DNA from: Fidelibacterota bacterium
Lineage (GTDB): Bacteria; Fidelibacterota; Marinisomatia; Marinisomatales; UBA2128
Direction: 5' to 3'
Assembly (NCBI GenBank): GCA_046861645.1
Contig: JBHHUM010000003.1
Location: 1-59,764, forward strand
Length of the DNA stretch: 59,764 nt
The translations under genes and the position numbers were made by a program. The notes beneath the pieces are model-generated. The model saw only the letters and a list, made by a program, of their open reading frames with translations, was not told the origin of the DNA and ran no database searches. This document shows positions 17,060-28,202 of this stretch, piece by piece; within the stretch, counting starts at the first letter, position 1; the number at the start of each line of letters is the position of its first letter.

Positions 17060-17918
17060 ATTTATATACTTGTTATCTGAAGGATTTAGAAGTCTCTGGA
17101 GGGCGAAACTTTCGGCCTTTTCCTCCATTACCGCCATAGGTGTAACATTGAGTTTTATCGGATTCGGGGCTATGGTAACTTCTGATCTGGCTCGTTTGGC
17201 AAATAAATCTCGAGCTGATTATTCCTTGGAAGTATTTTTTACGCCTTTAACTACAGATACCGAAGCTCAAAAGATAATTAAACAGATAGTTACTGTTAAA
17301 GGTGTTCGTGAGGCTATTTTAGTCACTAAGCAGGATGCAGCTGAGATTTTTCAAAAGGAATTTGGCGAGAATATCTACGAACTGTTAGACGATAATCCTT
17401 TACCAACAAGTTGTACTGTTAAACTAGAAGAGAGTGGTACAGAACCGTTGGAAATAGAACCTATCGTGACTGCCATAGAAACAATGGAAAGAGTAGAAAA
17501 AGTTAGGTATCCAGCCAGAATAATCACAATCATTGAAAACTATTATCAAGGAATTCTATCAGTAGTTACCCTTATTTCACTGGCGATATTAATGGGTACT
17601 ACGGTACTGGTATCCAACACCATAAGATTAACAATTTATTCACGAAAAGATTTGATTAGAATTCTAAAACTTGTAGGTGCCACTAATCGTTTTATTAGAA
17701 TGCCATTTGTAGTGGAGGGAATTATTGAAGGATTGGCTGGTGGAGTGTTAGCCTCTATATTGACTTATGTCTTTTTTAGAGCCACGAATTCATTTCTTGA
17801 ACTGTTTACTCAACATCAGATTTTCTGGAATTGGCGTGTTATTATTCTATTAATTATGGTTGTAGTATTATTCTCTATTTTGGGTAGTCGAAAAGCTGTT
17901 CAAAAATTACTTACTTGA
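17052..17918 (+). CDS. ftsX: Cell-division permease-like protein FtsX
   Basis: TM1 - periplasmic domain - 3 TM layout. LVGATNRFIRMPF motif. Overlaps ftsE. Confidence 0.85.
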   Translation: MDKFIYLLSEGFRSLWRAKLSAFSSITAIGVTLSFIGFGAMVTSDLARLANKSRADYSLEVFFTPLTTDTEAQKIIKQIVTVKGVREAILVTKQDAAEIFQKEFGENIYELLDDNPLPTSCTVKLEESGTEPLEIEPIVTAIETMERVEKVRYPARIITIIENYYQGILSVVTLISLAILMGTTVLVSNTIRLTIYSRKDLIRILKLVGATNRFIRMPFVVEGIIEGLAGGVLASILTYVFFRATNSFLELFTQHQIFWNWRVIILLIMVVVLFSILGSRKAVQKLLT

Positions 17919-18001
17919 TTCGATAGTCTTGGAGTTTCTATAAATGGGTACAATAGTCAGGTATAGGTCTTGTTTTTGCAGGGGTCTGGTCGTAATTTTT
18001 A

Positions 18002-19060
18002 ATGATATTCTCGAGAAGGATTATGGTTGGAATAGCCAAGCCAGACAGACAAGTTGATAGAGAACGCAGCATTCTGAAAATTGCAATTGAAGATTTTATT
18101 CGAACTGCTGCGCCGGTAGCATCCGTCCGTCTTAAGGAATCCTACGACCTTCATATCAGTCCAGCATCAATACGCAACACTTTACATCATTTGGAGATGG
18201 TAGGGTATCTTGAACATATCTATACGTCATCAGGTCGCATACCGACCGATTCTGGATATAGGCTTTATGTGAATGAATTAATGGGAGAACCCCTGGTATT
18301 CTCCAAAGAGGTATCTGGTATCATGAATGAACTGGCAGAAGTATCAAACTCTGTTGAGGATATTCTGCAGATTTCAGCTGAAGCATTAGCTGAATTAAGT
18401 AAGCTTTTTGGTTTTGTTGTCTGGTCGTCAACTGGAGAATCTATTTTAACTGATTTGGAATTACTAAAGCTCAACAGTGGGAAATTTCTCTTAATATTAG
18501 GATTTGAGTATTCCGGTGTTGAGTCTATAGTGCTTGATGTTTCCACCGAAGTAAAAGAATCTCACTTGGAATTGGTCAGGGCAATTCTACGGGATAGGTT
18601 GTTAGGTTTGAAAGAAGGAGAACTTCAAAAGTCTGTTCCAGAACGTTTGAAGGATAGTGAAGTATCCAATAGTTTAATTATCAAAAACATGATTGCCAAT
18701 GCCCATGCATATTTTAAGGTGAATGATAAGACCTTTTTGTGTACTTCCTCAAAGGAGCGGCTGTTGGCAAATCCAGAGTTTAGTAACTCAGAAGAGATGC
18801 AGGCCATCGTTGCTGCTCTGGATGATGAACAAGTAATTACCAAGTCAATCGAAGATTTGGGAGATTCTTCAGTAGCTATTGGTAAAGAAAATCTGGTGGC
18901 TACCTTGCGGAGATGTTCGGTCGTAGTGTCTCATTTTGGCGGTGAAAATTTTACAGGACATCTGGGAATTCTTGGTCCTACACGATTGGATTATCGAAAG
19001 GCTCAAGGTTTGGTAAATTCATTATCAAGTATCCTCCCTACAGTTTTTGATGTCAGCTGA
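18002..19060 (+). CDS. hrcA: Heat-inducible transcription repressor HrcA
   Basis: N-terminal winged-helix region ILKIAIEDFIRTAAPVASVRL...ISPASIRNTLHHLEMVGYLEHIYTSSGRIPTDSGYRLYV. Followed by grpE. Confidence 0.9.
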   Translation: MIFSRRIMVGIAKPDRQVDRERSILKIAIEDFIRTAAPVASVRLKESYDLHISPASIRNTLHHLEMVGYLEHIYTSSGRIPTDSGYRLYVNELMGEPLVFSKEVSGIMNELAEVSNSVEDILQISAEALAELSKLFGFVVWSSTGESILTDLELLKLNSGKFLLILGFEYSGVESIVLDVSTEVKESHLELVRAILRDRLLGLKEGELQKSVPERLKDSEVSNSLIIKNMIANAHAYFKVNDKTFLCTSSKERLLANPEFSNSEEMQAIVAALDDEQVITKSIEDLGDSSVAIGKENLVATLRRCSVVVSHFGGENFTGHLGILGPTRLDYRKAQGLVNSLSSILPTVFDVS

Positions 19061-19604
19061 TTCCAAGACCACAAAACCTAAAAAAGGGAAGCCCAAGAAA
19101 TCTCCTCCCAGCAAGACTGCTAAGGGAGAATCTAAACGACTTAAGGAACTCACTTCGGAATTAGCAGAGCTAAAACTAGCTTATAATGCCTTGGAAGATC
19201 GTCATTTACGATTAAGAGCTGAATTTGAAAACTATCGCAAGTTAAAGGAGAGAGAATTCGGTCGTATATTGCAATATGAAGGTAAGGATGCCATTATAGC
19301 AATATTACCAGTAGTGGATGATCTCGAACGAATCGTTAATGCTGATAATAGTAAAAATGTATCCATTGATTCCGTAGTTGAGGGAGTCACTCTCATTTTA
19401 GACAACCTCTCACGTAGACTAAGTAAGTTAGGGGTGGAATCCTTCAGTTCAGTTGGGGAGAAATTTGATCCCGATTTGCATGATGCTTTAATGGTTAAAG
19501 AGTCAAATGAGCAAGAAGAAGATATCGTAATTGAAGAGTTTGAAAAAGGATACCGGATGAAGGACAAAGTAATACGGCATGCCAAGGTGGTTGTAAGCAA
19601 ATGA
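19047..19604 (+). CDS. grpE: Nucleotide exchange factor GrpE
   Basis: LRLRAEFENYRK motif, ~185 aa, located between hrcA and dnaJ. Confidence 0.9.
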   Translation: MMSADSKTTKPKKGKPKKSPPSKTAKGESKRLKELTSELAELKLAYNALEDRHLRLRAEFENYRKLKEREFGRILQYEGKDAIIAILPVVDDLERIVNADNSKNVSIDSVVEGVTLILDNLSRRLSKLGVESFSSVGEKFDPDLHDALMVKESNEQEEDIVIEEFEKGYRMKDKVIRHAKVVVSK

Positions 19605-20716
19605 GTCAGGACTATTACGATATCTTGGGAGTGAGTAAAGATGCGTCTGAAAGTGATATAAAACGAGCCTATCGGAAGATGGCTATGAAATATCATCCAG
19701 ACCGGAATCCGGGTGATAGTAATGCTGAAACAAAATTTAAAGAAGCCGCTGAAGCGTATTCAGTCTTAAGTGATCCACATAAACGACAACAGTATGATCA
19801 ATTTGGTCGTGCTGGAATTGAAAATCAGGGTGGTTTTGGTGGGTTCGGTTTTTCTATGGATGACATTTTTAGTCAATTTGGACACATTTTCGGAGGACGG
19901 AATCCCTTTGAAGATATTTTCGGAGGGGGAACTACAAGAGAGTCTCGAACGCGTCGGGGACGTGATCTTAGGATTTCTATTCCACTTGATCTGGAAGAGA
20001 TTGCTACAGGGGTTACAAAGACGCTGAACGTTAAGCGAATGGAGACATGTGGTGATTGTAAAGGTTCCGGTGCTAAGACAGGAACATTACCCTCACGGTG
20101 TCCAACCTGTGGAGGCAGTGGTCAAGTTCGTCAAATGTCCCGATCCTTTTTGGGACAATTTGTAAATGTAACCCAATGCCCAAATTGTCAGGGATCAGGG
20201 GAGGTTATTGATAATCCGTGTTATACTTGTGCTGGGGATGGAAGAATAAAAAAGAAAGTGGAAATCAAAGTAAAGATCCCAGCTGGGGTAGCTACAGGGA
20301 ATTATATGACATTACGTGGTGAGGGGAATAAAGGATCCCGGGGAGCTGACGCGGGCGACATGATCGTATTCTTTGAGGAGAATGATCACCCATTCTTTGA
20401 CCGCATCGATTCCGATATCATGACTGAGCTGGAAGTATCCTTTGCCCACGCTGCTTTGGGTGAATCTGTGGAAGTTCCCACGCTTTCAGGAAAGGCTAAA
20501 CTTACGATCCCTGCAGGGATTCAATCTGGACAGATATTAAGGATGAGAGGTAAAGGGCTTCCCCAGGTAAGGGGGAGTCGCAGAGGTGACCAATTAGTAA
20601 AAATTCAAGTAGCAACACCAATTTCTCTCAGTAAAGAGGAAAAAAGACTGTATAGGGAATTGGCATCCTTAAATGGTCAGAGCAAAACAAAGGTAAGAAA
20701 GATGCGTCGCCGATGA
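19601..20716 (+). CDS. dnaJ: Chaperone DnaJ
   Basis: J domain with YHPDRNPGD, a G/F-rich linker, and four CxxCxGxG repeats (CGDCKGSG, CPTCGGSG, CPNCQGSG, CYTCAGDG). Confidence 0.95.
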   Translation: MSQDYYDILGVSKDASESDIKRAYRKMAMKYHPDRNPGDSNAETKFKEAAEAYSVLSDPHKRQQYDQFGRAGIENQGGFGGFGFSMDDIFSQFGHIFGGRNPFEDIFGGGTTRESRTRRGRDLRISIPLDLEEIATGVTKTLNVKRMETCGDCKGSGAKTGTLPSRCPTCGGSGQVRQMSRSFLGQFVNVTQCPNCQGSGEVIDNPCYTCAGDGRIKKKVEIKVKIPAGVATGNYMTLRGEGNKGSRGADAGDMIVFFEENDHPFFDRIDSDIMTELEVSFAHAALGESVEVPTLSGKAKLTIPAGIQSGQILRMRGKGLPQVRGSRRGDQLVKIQVATPISLSKEEKRLYRELASLNGQSKTKVRKMRRR

Positions 20717-21093
20717 CTCATCAGGAGAAAATGATCGTACGTTTTCTTCTGGGTGCATTGTTACTCGGTGTTCTAGTTGGTTATGTACGGAGGACATGGT
20801 TCTCGGAGAATAAATTCGATACAAAAGCGATTGAAAATCTTAATGCGGGAATTGCCTCGGTTGTGGAAAACAGGGAACAAACTGAAGTCACACCTGTCAC
20901 TGGACCTATTAATCTGAATACAGCTACCAAAACCGAATTGATGACACTGCCCGGGATTGGCCCAAAGATGGCTGAGCGAATTATTTTATATCGGCAGGAT
21001 CAGGGAGATTTTTTATCAGTTGAAGATTTGAAAAAAGTAAAGGGAATTGGAAACAAATTGTTGGCTCGATTACAAGACAAAGTTACCATTTGA
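20713..21093 (+). CDS. comEA: ComEA-family helix-hairpin-helix DNA-binding protein
   Basis: N-terminal TM, then INLNTATKTELMTLPGIGPKMAERIILYRQ...KVKGIG (tandem HhH). Confidence 0.85.
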   Translation: MTHQEKMIVRFLLGALLLGVLVGYVRRTWFSENKFDTKAIENLNAGIASVVENREQTEVTPVTGPINLNTATKTELMTLPGIGPKMAERIILYRQDQGDFLSVEDLKKVKGIGNKLLARLQDKVTI

Positions 21094-21108
21094 GGATAGA
21101 AAGATAAC

Positions 21109-21999
21109 ATGGCAGATATACTGGAGCGAGATGTAGTGTTGACTGGTCAGGAAGAAAAGAAGTATCGCTGGTGGTTGGTTCGTGATCTACTGGAAATGGG
21201 AATAGTATTGGCAATAATTGCTTTTATTGCTGTAATCTATATTCCTCAATCCATCTGGAATGAGGAATCAGATGTTGAAGAATTTAATCGGAATAAAATG
21301 CTGGCTATCAATAAGATATTAGACTTTTACAAAGATTTCACAGGTGAGACAACCGATGATGCACTTTGGGCGATTCAAGTCGTTAATGCTGTCCGTGATT
21401 CGGTAGTGGCGGATTCTCTTTTTAGTAATAGCCCCCGAAAACTTGTCTTGGATGGACGGGAAATTGAAGTTACAGTTCCAAAATCTTTTATCTGGATGCT
21501 ACCAGATCGACGCTTGGGAGAAAATCCACTTTCTCAACATGTGAGGTATATTACTCGATATGATACAGCCCTTGGGAATCTGGGAGTACGAAAAGATACT
21601 ATCGTAGATGAAGTTTATAGTGTTGTAGTTGAAAATCGTTCCGAAGATCCCGATAATCCGGACACATGGTTTTTAGACACTTCTTTCATTAGATCTGATC
21701 GACTCAATATGTACTTGGCTTCTTTGGATACCTTCCTCACTAAATATGTAGGGATCGCCGAAACAAGTAAATCAGAACATGTTGAGGTGATTCACTTTTA
21801 TGATCGTTTCCGACCAGATGAATCTATTCTCAAATTTCCTATTGGAGAGGAACGTTATATTATCCGGGTAGATTCAGATAACGTAGTTATCAAAGTTCCT
21901 GATAAGGATTATTCGGAACGAAGGTTTTTCCTTTTTACATTCGATCCTGATGTAGATGGTGATAGTATTACCAATGGAAATGCCAGCTGGATTCGATGA
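21109..21999 (+). CDS. Hypothetical bitopic protein with a type IV pilin-like N-terminal helix (no G/F cleavage motif)
   Basis: Residues 27-47, LLEMGIVLAIIAFIAVIYIPQ, versus the PilA mature N-terminus LIELMIVVAIIGILAAIAIPQ: 12/21 identical by hand alignment, including the Glu at +5. Positions -1/+1 are V/R instead of G/F. Confidence 0.4.
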   Translation: MADILERDVVLTGQEEKKYRWWLVRDLLEMGIVLAIIAFIAVIYIPQSIWNEESDVEEFNRNKMLAINKILDFYKDFTGETTDDALWAIQVVNAVRDSVVADSLFSNSPRKLVLDGREIEVTVPKSFIWMLPDRRLGENPLSQHVRYITRYDTALGNLGVRKDTIVDEVYSVVVENRSEDPDNPDTWFLDTSFIRSDRLNMYLASLDTFLTKYVGIAETSKSEHVEVIHFYDRFRPDESILKFPIGEERYIIRVDSDNVVIKVPDKDYSERRFFLFTFDPDVDGDSITNGNASWIR

Positions 22000-22002
22000 T
22001 AA

Positions 22003-22872
22003 ATGATTGCCCTATCCATCAAGGAAGATCAACTTTTATATGCACTTTTTTCTGGAGCGGGTAAGAGAATTGAATTGACTAACATAGGGATTTTGCCTTT
22101 TATTTCCCAAGATGTCTCTGCTGTAATAGCATCATTGGCAGAAGAAATCCCTGTGGAAGGGGAAGATATTTTTCTTACCCTTGATAAAAATTTCATACAA
22201 TGTAGTCTTGTTGTCATTGAAACTGCTCTAGAGCAATCGGAGATAAAACATTTCCTCAATTGGCAGATGGAACAGAAGTATGGTACCCTCTGGCCAGAGA
22301 TGAAAGCTTTTTACCAGGAGGTTCGTGAAGACGGAGATGCTTTAACCGTTGCCTCTTGTATTGTTAGAGAAAGAACCCTAAACGCCATTAAATCGGCTGT
22401 AAAGAAATTAAATAGTTTTCCAGTATGGTTGGAACCTGACAGTTTTGCGCTTAGTCGAGTATTGAGTGAACTGGATGATGGACACTATGCTAGTGTGGCT
22501 CTTTTCGAACCTTATGGCAATTTATTCCGGGCTATTTTTCATGATAAAGGTCAATTAGCAGCAATCGCTGAATTTGGTATTTCAGAAGAGACTCTTCAGC
22601 TGGAAGCAGTAACTGGTGATAGTGTCTTTGTCTCCAATTTCATTGATGAGTTTGATCAATTTATTTTAGGTGAGAAACAAGATCTTGACGTCCATATGTT
22701 TGTTACCGGTGCACTTCCAACCTGGGCATCCAAGATTATACCAGAACCGGCTCAGGTGGCCATTACTCATGTTAGACCTTTTGAAGACAAGGATAATGCC
22801 GGCAATTTTGCTGGAGATGGATCGTTCTCATCTATTCTGGGATTACTTCAGTTGAGCATGAATCATGCCTGA
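22003..22872 (+). CDS. Hypothetical protein, weakly PilM-like (actin-fold pilus alignment protein), nucleotide-binding motif degenerate
   Basis: Cytoplasmic, 289 aa. The N-terminus ALSIKEDQLLYALFSGAGKRIELTNIGILPF parallels PilM GIDIGS..IK.v.l......l......lp but lacks DxG. WLEPDSFALSRVL resembles the PilM ve..A. block. Followed by a PilN-like ORF. Confidence 0.3.
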   Translation: MIALSIKEDQLLYALFSGAGKRIELTNIGILPFISQDVSAVIASLAEEIPVEGEDIFLTLDKNFIQCSLVVIETALEQSEIKHFLNWQMEQKYGTLWPEMKAFYQEVREDGDALTVASCIVRERTLNAIKSAVKKLNSFPVWLEPDSFALSRVLSELDDGHYASVALFEPYGNLFRAIFHDKGQLAAIAEFGISEETLQLEAVTGDSVFVSNFIDEFDQFILGEKQDLDVHMFVTGALPTWASKIIPEPAQVAITHVRPFEDKDNAGNFAGDGSFSSILGLLQLSMNHA

Positions 22873-23167
22873 TATTAATCTTTTCAGAAAACCAGGATTT
22901 CAGAGTAAATCAAACATAAGTATTCCAGATGATCATCCAGAACAAATAGTTCCTGATAGTAAACAAAAACAACCCCCGAATTCTCAAAAGAAACCTAAGA
23001 AAAAGGCAAAATCCACACTTGCATGGGAATCAATTGTGGCATTTTTACTGGCTGTGGGGATTGGAGTTATTATTGTATGGTATTTGCAGTACAGGTCAGA
23101 TGTAAAATCTATAATTAACGAATTTACTATTGAAGAATACCAAAGCCTCAATGGCAATTTACCATAA
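22865..23167 (+). CDS. Hypothetical bitopic protein, PilN-like N-terminal peptide
   Basis: Starts MPDINLFRKP (compare the PilN INLLP(W)R motif). A K/P/Q-rich linker precedes a single TM (IVAFLLAVGIGVIIVWYL). Overlaps the preceding ORF by 8 nt. Confidence 0.3.
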   Translation: MPDINLFRKPGFQSKSNISIPDDHPEQIVPDSKQKQPPNSQKKPKKKAKSTLAWESIVAFLLAVGIGVIIVWYLQYRSDVKSIINEFTIEEYQSLNGNLP

Positions 23168-23168
23168 C

Positions 23169-23684
23169 ATGTCTACATCAATTCTAGCTGGTAGCTTAAA
23201 AGGTAGACGTTTAAAAACAAGTGATAGTTTAAATATCCGCCCTACCTCTTCCCGTGTCAGAGCCAGTATCTTTAACATTATTGGTGATCTATCGGGTAAA
23301 AAGTTTTTAGACCTCTATTCAGGTGCTGGAACTCTTGGGTTTGAAGCTCTGAGTAGGGGGGCTCTAGTAGTAGTTTTCGTAGATAATTCAGTTGAGGCAA
23401 TCAAGGTAATGCAATTAAATGCACAACTGTTTCCTGGAAAAGTTTATGAAATAGTAAAGCAGGACGTCATGGATTACCTCTCTCAGTGTGAAAAATTTGA
23501 TATTATTGTAGCAGATCCTCCTTATCATTTTATTGATCTAAATAACCTTTTTCAACTGGCTGATAAGCGACTGAATCAAGGTGGCACACTGATAATAGAA
23601 TCGACAAAGCGGAACAAATGGAAGCCAGAAGGAGCTCGTATCAAAACCTATGGTGAAACACAATTGAGTATCTTTAGAAAGTAA
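23169..23684 (+). CDS. rsmD: 16S rRNA (guanine966-N2)-methyltransferase RsmD
   Basis: ILAGSLKGRRLK..RPTSSRVRASIFNII, LDLYSGAGTLGFEALSRGA and the DPPY motif. ATG 23169 removes the 38-nt overlap implied by the track start at 23130. Confidence 0.85.
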   Translation: MSTSILAGSLKGRRLKTSDSLNIRPTSSRVRASIFNIIGDLSGKKFLDLYSGAGTLGFEALSRGALVVVFVDNSVEAIKVMQLNAQLFPGKVYEIVKQDVMDYLSQCEKFDIIVADPPYHFIDLNNLFQLADKRLNQGGTLIIESTKRNKWKPEGARIKTYGETQLSIFRK

Positions 23685-23687
23685 TCC

Positions 23688-24173
23688 ATGCGTACGGCAG
23701 TTTATCCTGGTACATTTGATCCCATTACTTATGGACATCTTGATATAATTATTCGGGCACTCAGTCTATTTGATAAATTGATTGTCACCATTGCTGAAAA
23801 TAGTACAAAAAAACCTTTATTTGATTTGGAAGAGAGAATAAAGCTTATTGAAGAAGCCACTCAGGATCTACAGAATATCGAGGTTGATCACACCTCCGGG
23901 CTTATTGTTGATTATGCCCAAAAAAGGGAAGCTGTTGCTCTGGTGCGAGGTTTAAGGTTTGTAAGCGATTTTGAATTCGAGTTCCAGATGGCATGGATGA
24001 ATAGACATCTCGATGACAATATTACTACTATTTTCCTTATGCCTCATCGTCGGTATGCTCACTTGAATTCTACAGTCATCCGAGAAGTTGTAAAATTAGG
24101 TGGAAATATAGATGTGTTTGTACCTCCAGGTGTATCAAGAGAGTTAAAAAGAAAATTTGATCTTAATGGTTAA
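23688..24173 (+). CDS. coaD: Phosphopantetheine adenylyltransferase
   Basis: VYPGTFDPITYGHLDII motif, 161 aa. Confidence 0.95.
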   Translation: MRTAVYPGTFDPITYGHLDIIIRALSLFDKLIVTIAENSTKKPLFDLEERIKLIEEATQDLQNIEVDHTSGLIVDYAQKREAVALVRGLRFVSDFEFEFQMAWMNRHLDDNITTIFLMPHRRYAHLNSTVIREVVKLGGNIDVFVPPGVSRELKRKFDLNG

Positions 24174-24265
24174 GATCACATTAATTCTCTCAATTTTTAG
24201 TTAATTTAAAGTAAATTTCTTAGCTGATTTAATGATGATTTGGAGTAAAACAGGGAGTTATTGAC

Positions 24266-24550
24266 ATGCCCACATACGAATACAGTTGCAATGAGTGTGG
24301 ATACCAGTTTGAATATTTCCAGAAAATGACTGACGAACCTATTACAAATTGTCCCCAGTGTTCTGGTTCTGTAACTCGTCTTATAGGCGGTGGGGCCGGC
24401 CTTATTTTTAAGGGATCGGGATTTTACATTACTGATTACAAAAAGAAAAATATTTCGAAGAAAAGTTCAGATAATGATTCAATTCCAGAAAAGAAAAAGA
24501 ACATGAAATCTAAATCAGTCACTAAAGCAGATAAAAGCGAGCAGCACTAA
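24266..24550 (+). CDS. FmdB-family zinc-ribbon protein
   Basis: MPTYEYSCNECGYQFE...CPQCSG (CxxC...CxxC) followed by a Lys/Ser-rich tail. Confidence 0.8.
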   Translation: MPTYEYSCNECGYQFEYFQKMTDEPITNCPQCSGSVTRLIGGGAGLIFKGSGFYITDYKKKNISKKSSDNDSIPEKKKNMKSKSVTKADKSEQH

Positions 24551-24620
24551 AATAAAATTCATCCCAAGTACAAAGAGCTATTTTAATAAATGATGTTTAT
24601 GGAGTGGAGGTTTTAAGACA

Positions 24621-25814
24621 ATGAATACGGCAGCTATTGAACAAGCAAAAGAACATTTAAGTCAAGTATTAGAAGCTCAACTTGATCGCATCGCCAGGAT
24701 GAAAGCTGGCGAAGAGAAAACTGACTATTCTAAATTAGCGACTATTGTAGTCGGTATTATTGGGGGTGATGGCATTGGACCCTTTATTGCGGAAGAAGCT
24801 CAAAGAGTCCTAGAAGCATTAATGAAAAATGAATTAGATCAGGGAAGAGTGGAATTTCGTGCAGTTGAAGGGCTCACAATTGAGAAACGTGCTGAAGTCA
24901 GAAAAGCAATTCCGGATGATGTTCTTGAAGATATAAAACAGTGTCATGTCACTCTCAAAGGTCCTACAACTACCCCAAGGAAAGGTGATCCTTGGCCTAA
25001 TATTGAGAGCGCTAATGTAGCCATGCGTAAAGAACTCGATCTTTTTGCTAACATCCGGCCTGTACGTGTGCCATCGGAAGGCATTGACTGGATGTTTTTC
25101 CGTGAAAATACTGAGGGTGCGTATGCCTTAGGAAGTGAAGGGATAGAAGTAACTGATGATATAGCAATCGATTTCACCGTTGCCACAACCCAAGGAACAG
25201 AGCGGCTTATCCGCTTGGCATTTGAATACGCCAGTAAGAATAATATTAACAAACTTACTCTGGTGACGAAAGCAAACGTGGTGAAAACAACCGATGGTAA
25301 ATTTCTTAAGATCGGCTACGAGATTGCCAAGGAATACCCGGAAGTAGAAGTGGACGATTGGTACATTGATATTATGACTGCAAAACTTGTAGACCCTAAA
25401 CGTCGGACGCAGTTCAGAGTCATGGCTTTGCCAAACCTCTATGGTGATATTCTTACCGATGAGGCAGCTGAATTTCAAGGAGGTGTGGGAACTGCTGGAG
25501 CAGGTAATATTGGATGGAAGTATGCCATGTTTGAAGCGATTCACGGTTCTGCACCGCGGATGGTAAATGAAGGACGTGCCCAGTATGCGGACCCGAGTAG
25601 TATGATTCGAGCAGGTGCGATGTTGATGCGTCATGTTGGATTCTCTGATCGAGCTGACAGGTTAGAGATGGCCCTTGATATCTGTGGTAATTTTGAGAAA
25701 AAACTTATCATGACTGGTCGAAAAACTGGAGCCACTGGAAGAGATTACTGTGATTATATATTGGAGAATGTTGCTGATCCTCAACTTCTGGAAAAATGGG
25801 AGTCTTTCCAATAG
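24621..25814 (+). CDS. Isocitrate/isopropylmalate dehydrogenase-family beta-decarboxylating dehydrogenase (probably NAD(P)-isocitrate dehydrogenase)
   Basis: GGDGIGPFI, NLYGDILTDEAA and EAIHGSAPR motifs. Substrate is not assignable by eye. Confidence 0.8.
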   Translation: MNTAAIEQAKEHLSQVLEAQLDRIARMKAGEEKTDYSKLATIVVGIIGGDGIGPFIAEEAQRVLEALMKNELDQGRVEFRAVEGLTIEKRAEVRKAIPDDVLEDIKQCHVTLKGPTTTPRKGDPWPNIESANVAMRKELDLFANIRPVRVPSEGIDWMFFRENTEGAYALGSEGIEVTDDIAIDFTVATTQGTERLIRLAFEYASKNNINKLTLVTKANVVKTTDGKFLKIGYEIAKEYPEVEVDDWYIDIMTAKLVDPKRRTQFRVMALPNLYGDILTDEAAEFQGGVGTAGAGNIGWKYAMFEAIHGSAPRMVNEGRAQYADPSSMIRAGAMLMRHVGFSDRADRLEMALDICGNFEKKLIMTGRKTGATGRDYCDYILENVADPQLLEKWESFQ

Positions 25815-25822
25815 AGTCAGTA

Positions 25823-25862
25823 GACAATTAGTTGTATTGCTACCTTTTAACAACTAATTGTC
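25823..25862. other. Perfect 13-bp inverted repeat (hairpin) downstream of the dehydrogenase gene; possible terminator or operator
   Basis: gacaattagttgt (25823-25835) and acaactaattgtc (25850-25862) with a 14-nt loop. No U-tract follows on either strand. Confidence 0.3.
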
Positions 25863-25953
25863 AAAAGCCATCGAATCACTGACACCTATTTATATCAGTG
25901 TATATGAGAAAGTAATCAATCTTGTCTTAGGCTACTTGATCTTCTAACAATAA

Positions 25954-28048
<2,095 letters not shown>

Positions 28049-28202
28049 ATTTGAGTAGGAATTTGGTGGTGTTATATTTTTTAATCGTTAACTATGATTT
28101 TTCTGCCATTCATTTGTCTATAACATTTTTCTTTCTATTTCCTAATCCCTTAGTATAGAAACTTTAATAGGGGTAAATTTCTTGACTAACGGAGGATCAA
28201 AT

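Noticed and set aside
19232-19696. Long antisense ORFs in the track lie inside well-supported + strand genes. Examples are 19232-19696 (154 aa), 25128-25634 (168 aa), 33943-34392 (149 aa), 50341-50766 (141 aa), 15468-15800 (110 aa) and 58177-58545 (122 aa).
   Set aside because: Each lies wholly within a gene with strong family motifs on the other strand. Their translations are low-complexity or Ser/Arg/Pro-rich with no recognisable motifs or RBS. They are typical shadow ORFs.
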